Source: an uncultured Selenomonadaceae bacterium
Lineage (GTDB): Bacteria; Bacillota; Negativicutes; Selenomonadales; Selenomonadaceae
Assembly (NCBI GenBank): GCA_905236725.1
Contig: CAJOCT010000001.1
Span: forward strand, 9,646-73,645
Length of the DNA: 64,000 bases
Direction of reading: 5' to 3'
The translations under genes were made by a program, and so were the position numbers. Shown here one piece after another: positions 1 to 10,003 of the stretch; positions within the stretch are counted from its first letter, which is position 1, and each line of letters starts with the position of its first letter. A model generated the notes under the pieces. It searched no databases and was not told the origin of the DNA. It saw only the letters and a program-made list of their open reading frames with translations.

Positions 1-1
1 A

Positions 2-928
2 ATTCGGCATATGATTAACTCGACAGTTTCAATGCTCAGAACTTTCGGGATAACCGTTGACACGTCCAACTGGAAAACGAATAATATCGCGGCGGTTATG
101 GTCACCGCAACTTTGCCGCCGTTCGTCCGCGAAGGTGACACGATCGACGTTACAATCAGCGCGGTCGGTAATGCGAAAAGTATTCAGGGCGGAACTTTGA
201 TTCAAACGCCTTTACGTGCGGGCAACGGTGAAGTTTACGCGGTTGCACAAGGTCCCGTCTCAACCGGCGGATTTACGGCGGGCGGCGGAGGAAATACTGC
301 GCAAAAAAATTATCCCACCGTCGGCACAACTCCAAACGGCGCGATTGTTGAAAGAACTGTCGAAGATGACTTGGGCAATCGCGGACAAGTTTCTTTGAGT
401 CTTGATAACGTAGATTTCACGACGGCAACGAGAATCACCAACGCGATAAATTCTGCTTACGGCTCGATTGCTCATGCGGCAAATCCCGGCAGAATTGACA
501 TCAGAATCCCGAATTATTATCGCTCAAACGTTGTTGAATTTGTTTCGACAATCGAAGAACTTCCCGTCACTCCCGACAGCATTGCGAAAGTTGTTTTCAA
601 CGAGCGCACGGGAACTATCGTTATGGGCGGAAATGTTACGGTTGACGAGTGCGCGATAACTCAGGGCGGACTTTCGATAAAAGTCACCAGCAATGAGAGC
701 GGTTACGGCGGCGGTCCTTTGAGTTACGGCGATTCGGTCAGATTAAACAACACTGATGTCGAAGTTCAGGAACAGACTGCAAATTCAATCGTCCTGCCGC
801 CTACCACAAATGTGAATGACATTATCGGCGCATTGAACGCGATCGGAGCAACGCCGAGAGATTGCATTTCAATTTTGCAGGCGTTGAAAGCGGCGGGCGC
901 AATTCACGCGGCTGTGGAAATAATCTGA
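2..928 (+). CDS. flgI: Flagellar P-ring protein FlgI, C-terminal ~305 aa (5' end cut by window edge)
   Basis: Frame open to position 2. Translation shows FlgI-typical TLPPFVREGDTIDVTISAVGNAKSIQGGTLIQTPL...VYAVAQGPVS and the C-terminal ILQALKAAGAIHAAVEII. Confidence 0.9.
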   Translation: MRHMINSTVSMLRTFGITVDTSNWKTNNIAAVMVTATLPPFVREGDTIDVTISAVGNAKSIQGGTLIQTPLRAGNGEVYAVAQGPVSTGGFTAGGGGNTAQKNYPTVGTTPNGAIVERTVEDDLGNRGQVSLSLDNVDFTTATRITNAINSAYGSIAHAANPGRIDIRIPNYYRSNVVEFVSTIEELPVTPDSIAKVVFNERTGTIVMGGNVTVDECAITQGGLSIKVTSNESGYGGGPLSYGDSVRLNNTDVEVQEQTANSIVLPPTTNVNDIIGALNAIGATPRDCISILQALKAAGAIHAAVEII

Positions 929-951
929 TTCAAACGTTTTGACGAAATAAA

Positions 952-990
952 AAATCTCCCGCAGAGAATTTTCTGCAGGAGATTTTTTTG
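952..990. terminator. Bidirectional intrinsic terminator between flgI and tsf
   Basis: Hairpin AATCTCCCGCAG-N8-CTGCAGGAGATT with one mismatch, flanked by an A-run upstream and TTTTTTT downstream. Confidence 0.65.
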
Positions 991-1004
991 TTGAAAAAGA
1001 TTTT

Positions 1005-1880
1005 TTATTTCATATTTGCTTGAGCCGCAACTTCCGCCGCGAAGTCGGAAACTTTCTTCTCGATACCTTCGCCGAGCAAATAACGCGTGAAGTTCAAAAC
1101 TTTAACGTCTTTCAAAATATCTTTGACGGTTTTTTCATTGTCTTTGACAAATTCCTGTTCAACAAGACAAACTTCTTTGTAAAATTTGTTGATGCGCCCC
1201 ATAACCATTTTTTCGACGATTTTTTCGGGCTTGCCTTCTTCGAGAGCCTGTTTACGGAGAACTTCTTTTTCATGCTCAAGGTCAGCCGCGTCAACGCCGT
1301 TACGGTCAATCGCAGTCGGAGCGGATGCCGCAATCTGCATCGCAACATCTTTGCCGAGTTCGTCACTGCCACCGGAAAGTTCGACGAGTACGCCGATTTT
1401 TCCGCCCATGTGAATGTAGCTGGTAATTTTTCCTTCGCTTGCGTATTTGACGAAACGACGCACGGAAATTTTTTCGCCGATTGTCGCGGTTGCCTCGGTG
1501 ACTAAATCGCTGACAGTTTTTTTGCCTTCGATAACGCTTGCGTTGAGGTCGTCGAGGTCTTTGAAATTATTTTTCGCAACGTGTTCGGTAATTTGTTTGG
1601 AAAGTTCACGGAAGTTTTCATTATTCGCCGTGAAGTCGGTTTCGCAGTTGATTTCGACGAGCGAGCCGATTTTTCCGTCAGCCGAAACATAAGCCGCGAC
1701 CGCACCTTCCGCCGCAACGCGCCCGGATTTTTTCGCCGCCTTCGCAATGCCTTTTTCGCGAAGATAATCTATTGCCTTTTGCATATCGCCGCCGGTTTCC
1801 GCCAACGCCTTTTTGCAGTCCATCATTCCCGCGCCGGTTTTTTCGCGCAAGTCTTTAACCATTGCCGCACTGATTGCCAT
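1005..1880 (-). CDS. tsf: Translation elongation factor Ts
   Basis: N-terminus [44 protein letters not shown] is the canonical EF-Ts UBA-like start. GGGAG SD upstream. Follows rpsB. Confidence 0.95.
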   Translation of the reverse strand: MAISAAMVKDLREKTGAGMMDCKKALAETGGDMQKAIDYLREKGIAKAAKKSGRVAAEGAVAAYVSADGKIGSLVEINCETDFTANNENFRELSKQITEHVAKNNFKDLDDLNASVIEGKKTVSDLVTEATATIGEKISVRRFVKYASEGKITSYIHMGGKIGVLVELSGGSDELGKDVAMQIAASAPTAIDRNGVDAADLEHEKEVLRKQALEEGKPEKIVEKMVMGRINKFYKEVCLVEQEFVKDNEKTVKDILKDVKVLNFTRYLLGEGIEKKVSDFAAEVAAQANMK

Positions 1881-1952
1881 CTATAAAAATCTCCCTTCGG
1901 TCGATTTTAGTCATTAGTCTTTAGAATTTTACTGACAACTATCCACTAACCA

Positions 1953-2678
1953 CTATTCACTAACTTCCTCTTCTTCAGCGTCAGCCGCATTTTCCGCGCC
2001 CTGATTGCCTTCGAGAATTGCGTCAGCCATGCCCGCAGTCAAAAGTTTTACGGCGCGAATTGCATCGTCATTGCCCGGGATAACGTAATCAATCTCATCG
2101 GGATCGCAGTTTGTATCGACAATCGCAACGATCGGAATGTTGAGTTTGCGAGCTTCGGCAACCGCGATTCTTTCTTTGCGCGGGTCGACGACGAAAAGTG
2201 CGCCTGGCAACTTGTGCATTTCTTTAATTCCGCCGAGATATTTTTCAAGACGCGCCATTTCGTGCTTGAGTTGCATGACTTCTTTTTTCGTAAGAACGTC
2301 AAAAGTCCCGTCCGCTTCCATTTCCTCAAGGTCTTTCAAGCGGCGAATACGTTTTTGAATTGTCTGGAAGTTGGTGAGCATTCCGCCGAGCCAACGCTCA
2401 TTGACAAAAAATTGTCCCGCGCGTTCTGCCTCTTCCTTGACTGCCTCTTGAGCCTGTTTTTTCGTGCCGACGAACAAAACCGTTTTGCCTTCTTCGGCGA
2501 CCGAGCGAATAAAATTATACGCCTCGTCAACCTTGCGGACGGTTTTTTGCAAGTCGATGATGTAAATTCCGTTGCGCTCCGTGAAAATGTATTTCGCCAT
2601 TTTCGGATTCCAGCGGCGCGTTTGGTGACCGAAATGCACGCCGGCTTCCAAGAGCTGCTTCATTGAAATAACTGCCAT
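1953..2678 (-). CDS. rpsB: 30S ribosomal protein S2
   Basis: [27 protein letters not shown]... is the canonical S2 N-terminus. Acidic C-terminal tail. GGAGG SD. Confidence 0.95.
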   Translation of the reverse strand: MAVISMKQLLEAGVHFGHQTRRWNPKMAKYIFTERNGIYIIDLQKTVRKVDEAYNFIRSVAEEGKTVLFVGTKKQAQEAVKEEAERAGQFFVNERWLGGMLTNFQTIQKRIRRLKDLEEMEADGTFDVLTKKEVMQLKHEMARLEKYLGGIKEMHKLPGALFVVDPRKERIAVAEARKLNIPIVAIVDTNCDPDEIDYVIPGNDDAIRAVKLLTAGMADAILEGNQGAENAADAEEEEVSE

Positions 2679-2785
2679 AAAAAATTCCTCCTGTTCAATC
2701 TTTCGCGAGACCTCTCCGCGCCCGATTATCGGTTTTCACCGCACAGGTCGACGCTCCGCCCCGTGTGTTAATTTCAACGCGGCGC

Positions 2786-2815
2786 ATTATATCACAAAGT
2801 TTTTTGTCATTGCAA
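2786..2815 (-). promoter_or_regulatory. Putative sigma70-type promoter of rpsB-tsf
   Basis: On the minus strand: TTGCAA (2815-2810), 18-nt spacer ending TGA, then TATAAT (2791-2786), i.e. an extended -10 TGnTATAAT. About 100 nt upstream of the rpsB ATG. Confidence 0.55.
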
Positions 2816-2820
2816 CAGTT

Positions 2821-3351
2821 TCATTCGCGATTAAAAATAAAAAATTCCGCCTCGCCCGAAATTAAGTTGCCGTCCGTATTTTCCAGAGAAATATTTTCAA
2901 GTTTGGCAAATCTTTCGCCGTCCTCAACAGCGCGAATAAAATTTAAAAACGAAATATATTTGCCTTCGAGTTTTATTTTTATCGACTGCCTCGACAATTT
3001 TTTTTCGTCATCAAGTTTTATTTCGCCGACCTGCAGGGAAGTTACGGCGATTTTATTTTTTTCCGCAAATTTATAAATTTCTGCGGAAAATTTTTCTTGA
3101 TCGGATTTTTCGGGCAAAAGTTTTTTCATCTCAATTAATTTTTCGCCGTTTGATTCCACAAAGTCAGAAAAATCTTCATGGCGACTTTGCAAAATTTTTA
3201 GCTCTTTTTCTGTTGCCGAAAGTTTTTTCGTTTCGAGTTGCATTTGTAAAATTTCGCCTTGAATCGGCACGTAAAAAAAGTTCCACAAAATAAAAATCGC
3301 GACGCACCCGCCGCAAATTATCGTTATCGGTAAAAGATTTTTTTCGCGCAT
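2821..3351 (-). CDS. PilO-like type IV pilus assembly protein (orphan)
   Basis: Architecture is an N-terminal TM helix (LLPITIICGGCVAIFILWNFF), a coiled-coil segment, then a C-terminal alpha/beta region ending ...GNLISGEAEFFIFN, as in PilO-family proteins. Starts 3 nt after the thyX stop. Confidence 0.5.
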   Translation of the reverse strand: MREKNLLPITIICGGCVAIFILWNFFYVPIQGEILQMQLETKKLSATEKELKILQSRHEDFSDFVESNGEKLIEMKKLLPEKSDQEKFSAEIYKFAEKNKIAVTSLQVGEIKLDDEKKLSRQSIKIKLEGKYISFLNFIRAVEDGERFAKLENISLENTDGNLISGEAEFFIFNRE

Positions 3352-3354
3352 TAT

Positions 3355-3981
3355 TCACTCCGCCTTTATGTCGGAAAAAATTACGGGCAATTTTTCTTTC
3401 AAAATTTCATAAATTTTCAGGGCAACTTGTCTCATTTGCGGATGTGCGCGGCTTGAAGTGCGAAGTTTTAAAAAATGCCTCCATTCGCGCAAATTCGCCG
3501 TCATAAAAATTTCTGTCTTGAGTGAGTTCGGCAAAATTGCGCGGGCTTGTTGGGGACGAGCTCCATTTTTTCGCATAAGCAAATAATTTTCTTCAAGAAT
3601 TTTCATCGTGTCCCGCCAAATTTTAAAATTTTCGTCATCCTCCGCCCAAAAATTCGGCTTGATAAAAGTTAATTCGCCGTCAAATTTTCCGTTAGAATAG
3701 TCGCAGTAACGAGTTGATTCTTGAGAAAAACTTGCGATTCGATGACGAACAATTTCATGAGTAACTCCGCGATCGCAAATAATTTTAAAAGTCAAGCTGA
3801 CATGTTCAATAACCGATTCGTGCCCGGATTTTATGATGTTGGCGATAAATTTTTCTGCGGAATCGTCGGAAATTCTCGACTCGCTCTTATAACAGACGCG
3901 CCCGGCAAGTTCGATATGTTTCATAATTTTTTCGCCGTCCACTTCGCCGATGAGTTCGACGGAAGGTTCAATAATTTTCAT
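3355..3981 (-). CDS. thyX: FAD-dependent thymidylate synthase ThyX
   Basis: ThyX signature RHRxxSxxxxSxRY is present as VRHRIASFSQESTRYC. Length 208 aa. Confidence 0.9.
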   Translation of the reverse strand: MKIIEPSVELIGEVDGEKIMKHIELAGRVCYKSESRISDDSAEKFIANIIKSGHESVIEHVSLTFKIICDRGVTHEIVRHRIASFSQESTRYCDYSNGKFDGELTFIKPNFWAEDDENFKIWRDTMKILEENYLLMRKNGARPQQARAILPNSLKTEIFMTANLREWRHFLKLRTSSRAHPQMRQVALKIYEILKEKLPVIFSDIKAE

Positions 3982-4022
3982 GAAAAAATTCCTCCTTCAA
4001 AAAAAAACTTTTCGGATTATAA

Positions 4023-5474
<1,452 letters not shown>

Positions 5475-5494
5475 AAAATATTTTTGCATAAAAT

Positions 5495-5539
5495 AAAAAA
5501 ACTCGTCGTGAGAAAAATTTTTGCGACGAGTTTTTTTTT
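5495..5539. terminator. Bidirectional intrinsic terminator (gdhA / esterase)
   Basis: Stem ACTCGTCG-N15-CGACGAGT, flanked by an A-run and a T-run. Confidence 0.7.
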
Positions 5540-6521
5540 ATAAATCGTTCATATTTTGATTGACAAAATCTCGAATTTCTTTGAAAGAATCAACGCTTTC
5601 TTGCAAGTCCGGCAAAAGTAACACAAAATCGTGCGACATTTCGGGATAAATCGTCAAAGTAACTTTTACATCGTCCGCCGCCGCTTTTTTCGCAAGTTCC
5701 AGACATTCGCTCAAAAATAATTCATAGCCGCCGACTTGAATCAACATTGGCGGCAAATTTTTTAAGTCGGCATAAATCGGCGAAAGCAGAGAATTTTTTT
5801 TGTTGAAACCTTTCGCGTAAGGCGGAATTTTTACCGATTCATAAAGCGGCGTACCTTTTCCCAAAATTAAATCGCGCGTTTCATTGTATTTTCTCGAAGG
5901 CAAATTGCTTTCCACAGTCGTCCACGGCGAAATTAAAATCAGACAGCCGGGTTGAGGAATTTTATTTTCTTTCAAGTACAAAGACAAAGCCAACGCCAAA
6001 TTTCCGCCCGCAGAATCCCCCGTGACAATAATATTTTCGGGATTTATTCCGCGATTCAAAATTTCCTTGTAAATTTTTACGGTGTCTTCAAGTGCGGCAG
6101 GAAAAATATTTTCCGGCGCAGTTCTGTAGTCCGAAAGAAAAATTTTTCCGGCGTCAATCAAATCTGCTTGAACAAGACTTAAATTTCTGTGCCCGTCGTC
6201 CAAATCCAAAACATAACCGCCGCCGTGCAAGTGAAAAATAACTCGATCCGTCTTTGCGTCGGAGTTTTCCAAACTTTCGACTTTTGCGCCGTCAATTTCA
6301 AATTTTTCATAAGTCCAGCCGTCAGGAACTTCAAATTTTGAAAAAGGATGCGGCTCGCCCTCTTTTTTCTGATAAATCACGTCCATTTTTTCTTGAATAT
6401 AATTTTGCTTTTCCGTGCCTTCAAGTTGAACGGGATTTTCGGGGATTTTCCAAATTTCCGCCCGCGCAAAATTAAAATTCAGAATAAAAACCGCTACAAT
6501 CGCCAAAAAAATCTTCTTCAT
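5538..6521 (-). CDS. Secreted alpha/beta hydrolase, HSL-type esterase/lipase
   Basis: HGGG oxyanion motif (HLHGGGYV) and GDSAG nucleophile elbow (GDSAGGNLA). Start moved to ATG 6521 (GGAGGGG SD), giving the signal peptide MKKIFLAIVAVFILNFNFARA. Confidence 0.8.
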   Translation of the reverse strand: MKKIFLAIVAVFILNFNFARAEIWKIPENPVQLEGTEKQNYIQEKMDVIYQKKEGEPHPFSKFEVPDGWTYEKFEIDGAKVESLENSDAKTDRVIFHLHGGGYVLDLDDGHRNLSLVQADLIDAGKIFLSDYRTAPENIFPAALEDTVKIYKEILNRGINPENIIVTGDSAGGNLALALSLYLKENKIPQPGCLILISPWTTVESNLPSRKYNETRDLILGKGTPLYESVKIPPYAKGFNKKNSLLSPIYADLKNLPPMLIQVGGYELFLSECLELAKKAAADDVKVTLTIYPEMSHDFVLLLPDLQESVDSFKEIRDFVNQNMNDL

Positions 6522-6544
6522 AAAAAATCCCCTCCGATAAATTT

Positions 6545-6576
6545 CTTGCAATCTTCGACTTGCAATCTTCGACTTG
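6545..6576. repeat. Tandem 14-bp direct repeat (CTTGCAATCTTCGA x2 plus partial CTTG) upstream of the esterase gene
   Basis: Exact duplication read directly at 6545-6558 and 6559-6572. Each copy contains a TTGCAA hexamer. Confidence 0.8.
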
Positions 6577-6711
6577 AAAAAATATTTTTCCTGCAAAAAA
6601 ATTCGTCGCCGAAAGATTTTTCGACGTTGAAAAAAATTTTGTCAAGCTAAACTAAAAAAGGTATAATGATTTAAATTCGGCGTAACGGAAACGAAAATTT
6701 TTTCAATTAAG

Positions 6712-9477
6712 GTGATAGATGTGAGCGTTGAAAATTTTTTCAAAACTTGGGCAGACAAAAAAATTTTCGGAAGTTTTATAACCATTCGTGCGGCTGCCGA
6801 ATGTTTGGCAATTTGTTTGGTTGTGACGGGATTAAGTTTTTTGGCTTACGGTACGATTTCCGGATACCTGAACGACACTCTTGAAAAATTTGTCGAACGA
6901 AACACGCGAATTATCGCCTACGAATTGGCAAAACAATTTAAACTTGAACTTACGAGTTTGGAGACGCGCGCAAAATTCGTTGAAGAAGGCAAAATTTCCC
7001 CCGAGGCGTTGGTAACCTCTCTGCAAGATATGGAGGGTGAAAATGTCGGGATAATGACCATAAAAGGCGAAATGTTGGCGGGTGAGGAACCTCCCGAAGA
7101 AATTGTCGAAGTTACTTGGCTCGTTTATGACGGCAAAAGTATCATTCGTTATCTTCGCGGAGTCGGGTTGGTTTTTGCCGTACATATGAAAATTGACGGC
7201 ACGCCTTGCATACTCTTCGACTATTACAACGACGATGACGTGAGAAAAAAATTTAATACGATAAGTTTCAACGGCGACGGAACGGTAATTTTATTGAATC
7301 GCTTGGAAAATTGGACGATTTTGGCGGAAGGCACATCGCCGATAAGACATTTCAGCCAACTTGAAGAAGGCTGGCGAATACTCGGGGACAAAATCGGCTA
7401 TGACTCAAAAACCGATACGGTCGAAAAAGATACCGGCGCAATTTGCTACACTTATCGCGGAGAAGATTATTTTATTTACACCGCCACCGTCAACCGCAAT
7501 CAGCATTTCGCAATTTCCGGCTATGTCCCCCGAAGTTCGGTTGCGGTCGGTCTGCCGATGACTTACATTGTGCTTTTAATCGGTTCGGGCTTGGTCGTCG
7601 TGATTCTCATCATGTTTGCAAGAATTACTTATAAAAATATCGAAAATCGCGCTCTGAAGCAGGAAAAATTTTATGCTCTTCAAGCCAGCAAAACCAAAAG
7701 CGACTTTTTGTCAAACATGAGCCACGAAATTCGTACGCCGATTAACGCAATTTTGGGAATGGACGAAATGATTCTGCGCGAATCGAAGGACGAAAATATT
7801 TCGGAGTACGCTGAAAATCTTCGGCACGCGGGAAATTCTCTGCTTGGAATTGTCAACGATATTTTGGACTTTTCAAAAATCGAGGCGGGCAAAATGGAGA
7901 TTATCCCCGTCGAATATCATTTGGGCTTGCTTTTAAATGACTTGGTGAACGTGATTAAACCGCGCCTTGAGAAAAAAAATTTGAAACTTGAAACCGAAGT
8001 CGATAAAAAAATTCCCGGTATTCTTTACGGCGATGAAATCAGAATTAAGCAGGTCGTCACGAATATTTTAACCAACGCCGTCAAATACACCGAACACGGC
8101 AAAGTTACTTTGACCGTGAAGTTTAAGATGATTGACGACGAAAATATTTCGCTCTATTTCAGCGTCAGAGACACGGGAATCGGCATAAAAGAAGATGACC
8201 TTCCAAAACTTTTCAGCGCGTTTGAACGTATCGAGGAAGAGCGAAACCGCACGATTGAAGGCACGGGTTTGGGAATGAATATCACGCAACAACTTTTAAA
8301 ACTGATGGGCAGTCACTTGGAAGTTTCCAGCGTTTACGGCGAGGGCTCTCAATTCAGCTTTAAAATCGCGCAGAAAATTATAAACACCGAGCCGATTGGA
8401 GATTTTGCGGAGGCGTTCAGACATTCTCTTAAAAATCAGGAGAAGTATCAAGAAAAATTCATCGCGCCGAATGCAAAAATTTTGGTCGTCGATGACACGG
8501 TCATGAATTTGACTGTCATTAAAGGTCTTTTGAAACAAACGAAAATTCAAATTGAGACGGCGGAGAGCGGGTACGAATGTTTGAAACTTATCGAAAAAAA
8601 TCGTTACGATATTATTTTCCTCGATCACAGGATGCCGGGAATGGACGGGGTTGAAACTTTGCAAAAAATGATAACTCTGCCCGGAAACAAAAATCATAAA
8701 ACGCCGATAATTTCGTTGACGGCAAACGCAATTTCGGGAGCCCGCGAAGAATATATTTCTGCGGGCTTTACGGATTACCTCACCAAGCCGATAAATTCCG
8801 CCGCACTGGAAAGTTTGCTCATAAAATATTTGCCGGAAAAACTTGTTCAAAATCCGAGCGAAGAAAATTTTGTCGATGATCAAGAAAATTTAAATTTGCC
8901 CGATTGGCTGAAAAAAGTTGACGGCTTGAACGTCAAGGAGGGAATTGAGCATTGCGGCGACAGTGAAATTTATTTGGACGCGTTGACGGTTTTTGCGGAG
9001 GCGGTCGAAAGCGGCGCGAATGAAATTCAAAGATATTTTGACGCGGCGGACTGGAAGAACTACACGACGAAAGTTCACGCGCTCAAAAGTTCTGCGAAAG
9101 TCGTCGGGGCGGACGAATTAAGCGACAAGGCGAAAAGGCTTGAATATGCGGGAAATTCCAATTACATCGACGAGATTGAAAAATTTACCGCGCCTTTGCT
9201 TGAACTTTATCGCAGTTATTCAGAAAAACTTTCGCCGCTGATAAAAAAAGATTCGCATAACTTGAAGAAAAATCCGATTGAGCCGGACGAATTGGCGGAG
9301 GCTTATGAAACGCTCAGAGAAGTCACGAAAAATTTTGATTACGACAGCTTGGAATTTGTTTTGCAGTCGCTGGAAGAGTACGAATTGCCGACGGGAGATG
9401 CGGAAAAATTTTCAAAATTAAAAGCCGCCGCCGAAAAGCTTGACTGGGAAGAAATAAAACTTTTGCTTGATAAATAA
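6712..9477 (+). CDS. Hybrid sensor histidine kinase (periplasmic sensor, HisKA/HATPase, REC, HPt)
   Basis: H-box SHEIRTPINAILGM. G-boxes DTGIGI and GTGLGM. Receiver ILVVDDTVMN...LDHRMPGMDG...K. HPt motif HALKSSAKVVGA. Two TM segments bracket a ~230-aa extracytoplasmic region. Start is ambiguous (GTG 6712 or GTG 6721). Confidence 0.9.
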   Translation: MIDVSVENFFKTWADKKIFGSFITIRAAAECLAICLVVTGLSFLAYGTISGYLNDTLEKFVERNTRIIAYELAKQFKLELTSLETRAKFVEEGKISPEALVTSLQDMEGENVGIMTIKGEMLAGEEPPEEIVEVTWLVYDGKSIIRYLRGVGLVFAVHMKIDGTPCILFDYYNDDDVRKKFNTISFNGDGTVILLNRLENWTILAEGTSPIRHFSQLEEGWRILGDKIGYDSKTDTVEKDTGAICYTYRGEDYFIYTATVNRNQHFAISGYVPRSSVAVGLPMTYIVLLIGSGLVVVILIMFARITYKNIENRALKQEKFYALQASKTKSDFLSNMSHEIRTPINAILGMDEMILRESKDENISEYAENLRHAGNSLLGIVNDILDFSKIEAGKMEIIPVEYHLGLLLNDLVNVIKPRLEKKNLKLETEVDKKIPGILYGDEIRIKQVVTNILTNAVKYTEHGKVTLTVKFKMIDDENISLYFSVRDTGIGIKEDDLPKLFSAFERIEEERNRTIEGTGLGMNITQQLLKLMGSHLEVSSVYGEGSQFSFKIAQKIINTEPIGDFAEAFRHSLKNQEKYQEKFIAPNAKILVVDDTVMNLTVIKGLLKQTKIQIETAESGYECLKLIEKNRYDIIFLDHRMPGMDGVETLQKMITLPGNKNHKTPIISLTANAISGAREEYISAGFTDYLTKPINSAALESLLIKYLPEKLVQNPSEENFVDDQENLNLPDWLKKVDGLNVKEGIEHCGDSEIYLDALTVFAEAVESGANEIQRYFDAADWKNYTTKVHALKSSAKVVGADELSDKAKRLEYAGNSNYIDEIEKFTAPLLELYRSYSEKLSPLIKKDSHNLKKNPIEPDELAEAYETLREVTKNFDYDSLEFVLQSLEEYELPTGDAEKFSKLKAAAEKLDWEEIKLLLDK

Positions 9478-9499
9478 ATCTTATTGAAGGGGAATTTTG

Positions 9500-9883
9500 A
9501 TGGTTGGAATTGTTGTAGCGTCGCACAGCAGCAGACTTGCGGAGGGCGTCGTCGAAGTGGCGCAGATGATGGCTCCCGATGTTCCGATAATTGCGGCGGG
9601 GGGAATGGACGACGGCAGTTGCGGCACGAGTTGCAGAAAAATTATCGGCGCAGTGAAAAAAATTTATTCGGACGACGGGGTTGCGCTCATTGCCGACATC
9701 GGCAGTTCGATTTTAAGCGCGGAAATGGCTGTGGAAATTTTGCAACGCCCGAAATTAAAATTGGTTGACTGTCCTCTTGTCGAAGGAACTTTGATTGCGG
9801 CGGTCGAGGCGAAACTTGGAAAATCTCTTGATGAAATCGAATCAAGCGCGATTCGGGCGCGAAGTATCCGAAAACTTGCATAA
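9500..9883 (+). CDS. dhaM: DhaM-type PTS EIIA(Man)-fold phosphotransfer protein (single domain, orphan)
   Basis: MVGIVVASHSSRLAEGVVEVAQMM...DIGSSILSAEMAVE...CPLVEGTLIAAV closely parallels the DhaM N-terminal domain, including the phospho-His in SHS. ATG 9500 lies 22 nt after the kinase stop. Confidence 0.75.
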   Translation: MVGIVVASHSSRLAEGVVEVAQMMAPDVPIIAAGGMDDGSCGTSCRKIIGAVKKIYSDDGVALIADIGSSILSAEMAVEILQRPKLKLVDCPLVEGTLIAAVEAKLGKSLDEIESSAIRARSIRKLA

Positions 9884-9893
9884 AAAAATTTTT

Positions 9894-9922
9894 ACGGTTG
9901 AAAATTTTCAGCCGTTTTTTTA
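9894..9922 (+). terminator. Intrinsic terminator after dhaM-like gene
   Basis: Stem ACGGTTGA-N6-TCAGCCGT (one G-U pair) followed by TTTTTTT. Confidence 0.65.
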
Positions 9923-9951
9923 TTGACTTACAAAAATATTTTCGATAGACT
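9923..9951 (+). promoter_or_regulatory. Putative promoter of the condensation-domain/potABCD operon
   Basis: TTGACT (9923-9928), 17-nt spacer, TAGACT (9946-9951). Confidence 0.5.
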
Positions 9952-10003
9952 TACACTAAATTCACAGGAAAAATTTTTGTCTAAACTAAAAGGGGTGTTG
10001 AGA

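Noticed and set aside
5538-6596. N-terminally extended ORF-track models (also 4035, 9923, 20227, 38924, 59873, 56954, 50021, 36643)
   Set aside because: In each case an internal ATG/TTG with a well-spaced GGAGG-type SD gives the expected family N-terminus or signal peptide. The upstream extension is low-complexity and overlaps promoter or terminator DNA.
8296-8883. 195-aa minus-strand ORF within the histidine kinase gene
   Set aside because: Antisense to the HATPase/REC-coding region, with no independent support.
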